Source: Vitrella brassicaformis CCMP3155
Lineage: Eukaryota; Protista; Chromerida
Reading direction: 5' to 3'
Assembly: GCA_001179505.1 (NCBI GenBank)
Contig: CDMY01000130.1
Span: 1-64,000, forward strand
DNA: 64,000 bases
Positions within the stretch are counted from its first letter, which is position 1. Each line of letters begins with the position of its first letter. The notes under the pieces were generated by a model. The model did no database searches, was not told where the DNA came from, and saw nothing but the letters and a program-made list of their open reading frames with translations. Made by a program: the position numbers and the translations under genes. Below are positions 62,857 to 64,000 of the stretch, in pieces.

Positions 62857-63577
62857 CGGCAATGTTCCACATGGGGGGGGGCTTATTGGTCGACGTAGTA
62901 GACACTGAACACTTGCTTACGGCTACCCTCTCCTCGTTTCTGCGTGCGTGTCGTAGATTCTCATTTGTCTTGTTTCTCTTCTCTCTGACGCGCCGCCTTG
63001 TGTGCTTGCGACAGTACTTCGATTGCTTCGCGAAGCGTGCGTCGTCTGAAAAAGGCACGTGTCTCTTCAAGGACTTAGCCTTGAGAGAGACACGTCGTTG
63101 CTGCTGTGGGGTGGTATGCTACTTAAGAAAGTAAGGTACACGACCGAACAAAGAAGGATTCGTGAGCGTTCACGGGTGAGTCGTGCCATATTTGCTTAGA
63201 CAGGAAGTGCGCGCTCTAAAAATTGACCAACTTTGTTGACGTTCTAGTCTAAGGGCAATGCTCTCTGTTGCCATCTCTTTGTTCGCCGGTGCCAGTGTAG
63301 GAAGGGGGAGACTGGCCGCCTCAAGCGGAACAACAAGAACGTCGCGCTTCAATCCGTGACCGTCCTGGTCCGTCCGCACGTCGCGCCTTTCTCGCCAGCC
63401 AGCCAGCCAGCCAGCCAACCAGCCAGCCAGCCAACCAGCCAGCCAGCCAGGCAGGCAGGCAGGCAGCGGGTGCTCTAACGGTGTGTGTCGGAGTGTCCTT
63501 TCTGTCGGAGGCAGACAGTCAGAGAGGACCAGAAACCCCCACGAAAAACTGTGTTCCTTGCTTTGTTTGCGCTACAG

Positions 63578-64000
63578 GAGCCACAGAAAGATGCGCAGAG
63601 GCCAGAAGTACGACAACGTCACGTCGTAGATTCGTACCTATCCGTCGGCGGCGTCGTGATTTGCTTGTGGGCCTTCGTGCTTCTATCGACCGGTGCTCTG
63701 GGACGTATTGGCTTCCAGAAAGTAGGCGGGAACACCATGACTACTATGAGGCCGGATGGCTGCCTCCCCAGAAGTTACGTCATCCCTGATGACGACGACT
63801 GCCCTATTTGCCTCGATGCCCTTCGGGACAAGACAGACTTGGTGCGGCTCACGTGTGGTCACTTTCTTTGCTATGAGGTTCGTGTACAGCACTGGAAGGG
63901 CAGACAGTGTGTTTCTTCCTGTTCTCGCGTCTGCAGCTGTTTCTTCTGCTTGTTTCTTGTCATCTTTGTGCAGTGCCTGAAGCGCGAGACAGGTTCTTTC
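63578..64000 (+). CDS. Internal exons of a transmembrane RING-finger (C3HC4-like) E3 ligase, running off the window end
   Basis: Exon 63578-63877: ...YLSVGGVVICLWAFVLLSTGAL...DDDCPICLDALRDKTDLVRLTCGHFLCYE, spliced to 63974 CLKRE. This frame is not in the ORF track. Confidence 0.75.

Noticed and set aside
1-64000. Genome-wide UGA=Trp or other nuclear code change
   Set aside because: Conserved genes here (U2B'', hydroxylase, GT43, UMP1, SYS1) use TGG for Trp, have no internal stops, and several end in TGA.

Overview
Eukaryotic, GC-rich nuclear DNA with many short (~40-100 nt) GT-AG introns full of (ACAG)n, (ATCC)n, (GGCA)n and (GT)n microsatellites. This style fits a chromerid alveolate such as Vitrella (inference, not checked). 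I assembled genes by hand from splice sites; many listed ORFs are antisense or intronic shadows. The left ~34 kb is rich in secretory and glycan genes: GT14/Branch, PLOD-type GT, GT64/EXTL and GT43/GlcAT-I glycosyltransferases, a GH16 hydrolase, and secreted Cys-rich or low-complexity proteins. Three secreted paralog pairs lie in opposite orientation. It also holds an Orai-like 4-TM gene, a sterol desaturase/fatty-acid hydroxylase and U2B''. The right half has a 3xCCCH protein, an SH3 protein, UMP1, SYS1, a secreted coiled-coil/mucin protein, a long PPR gene, a NEK-like pseudokinase (HRN) and the start of a TM-RING gene. Top leads: (1) an inverted duplicate of a secreted Cys-rich gene whose introns, 3' flank and promoter are conserved while the last two exons are hypervariable; (2) a recurring CCWxC 6-Cys module; (3) a glycan-enzyme/secreted-protein island whose first 6 kb carries in-frame UGAs and a truncation; (4) an Orai-like channel with an 11-residue His-periodic N-terminal repeat. 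No tRNA, rRNA, CRISPR or intact transposon was recognised. There is one assembly gap (16833-17131).
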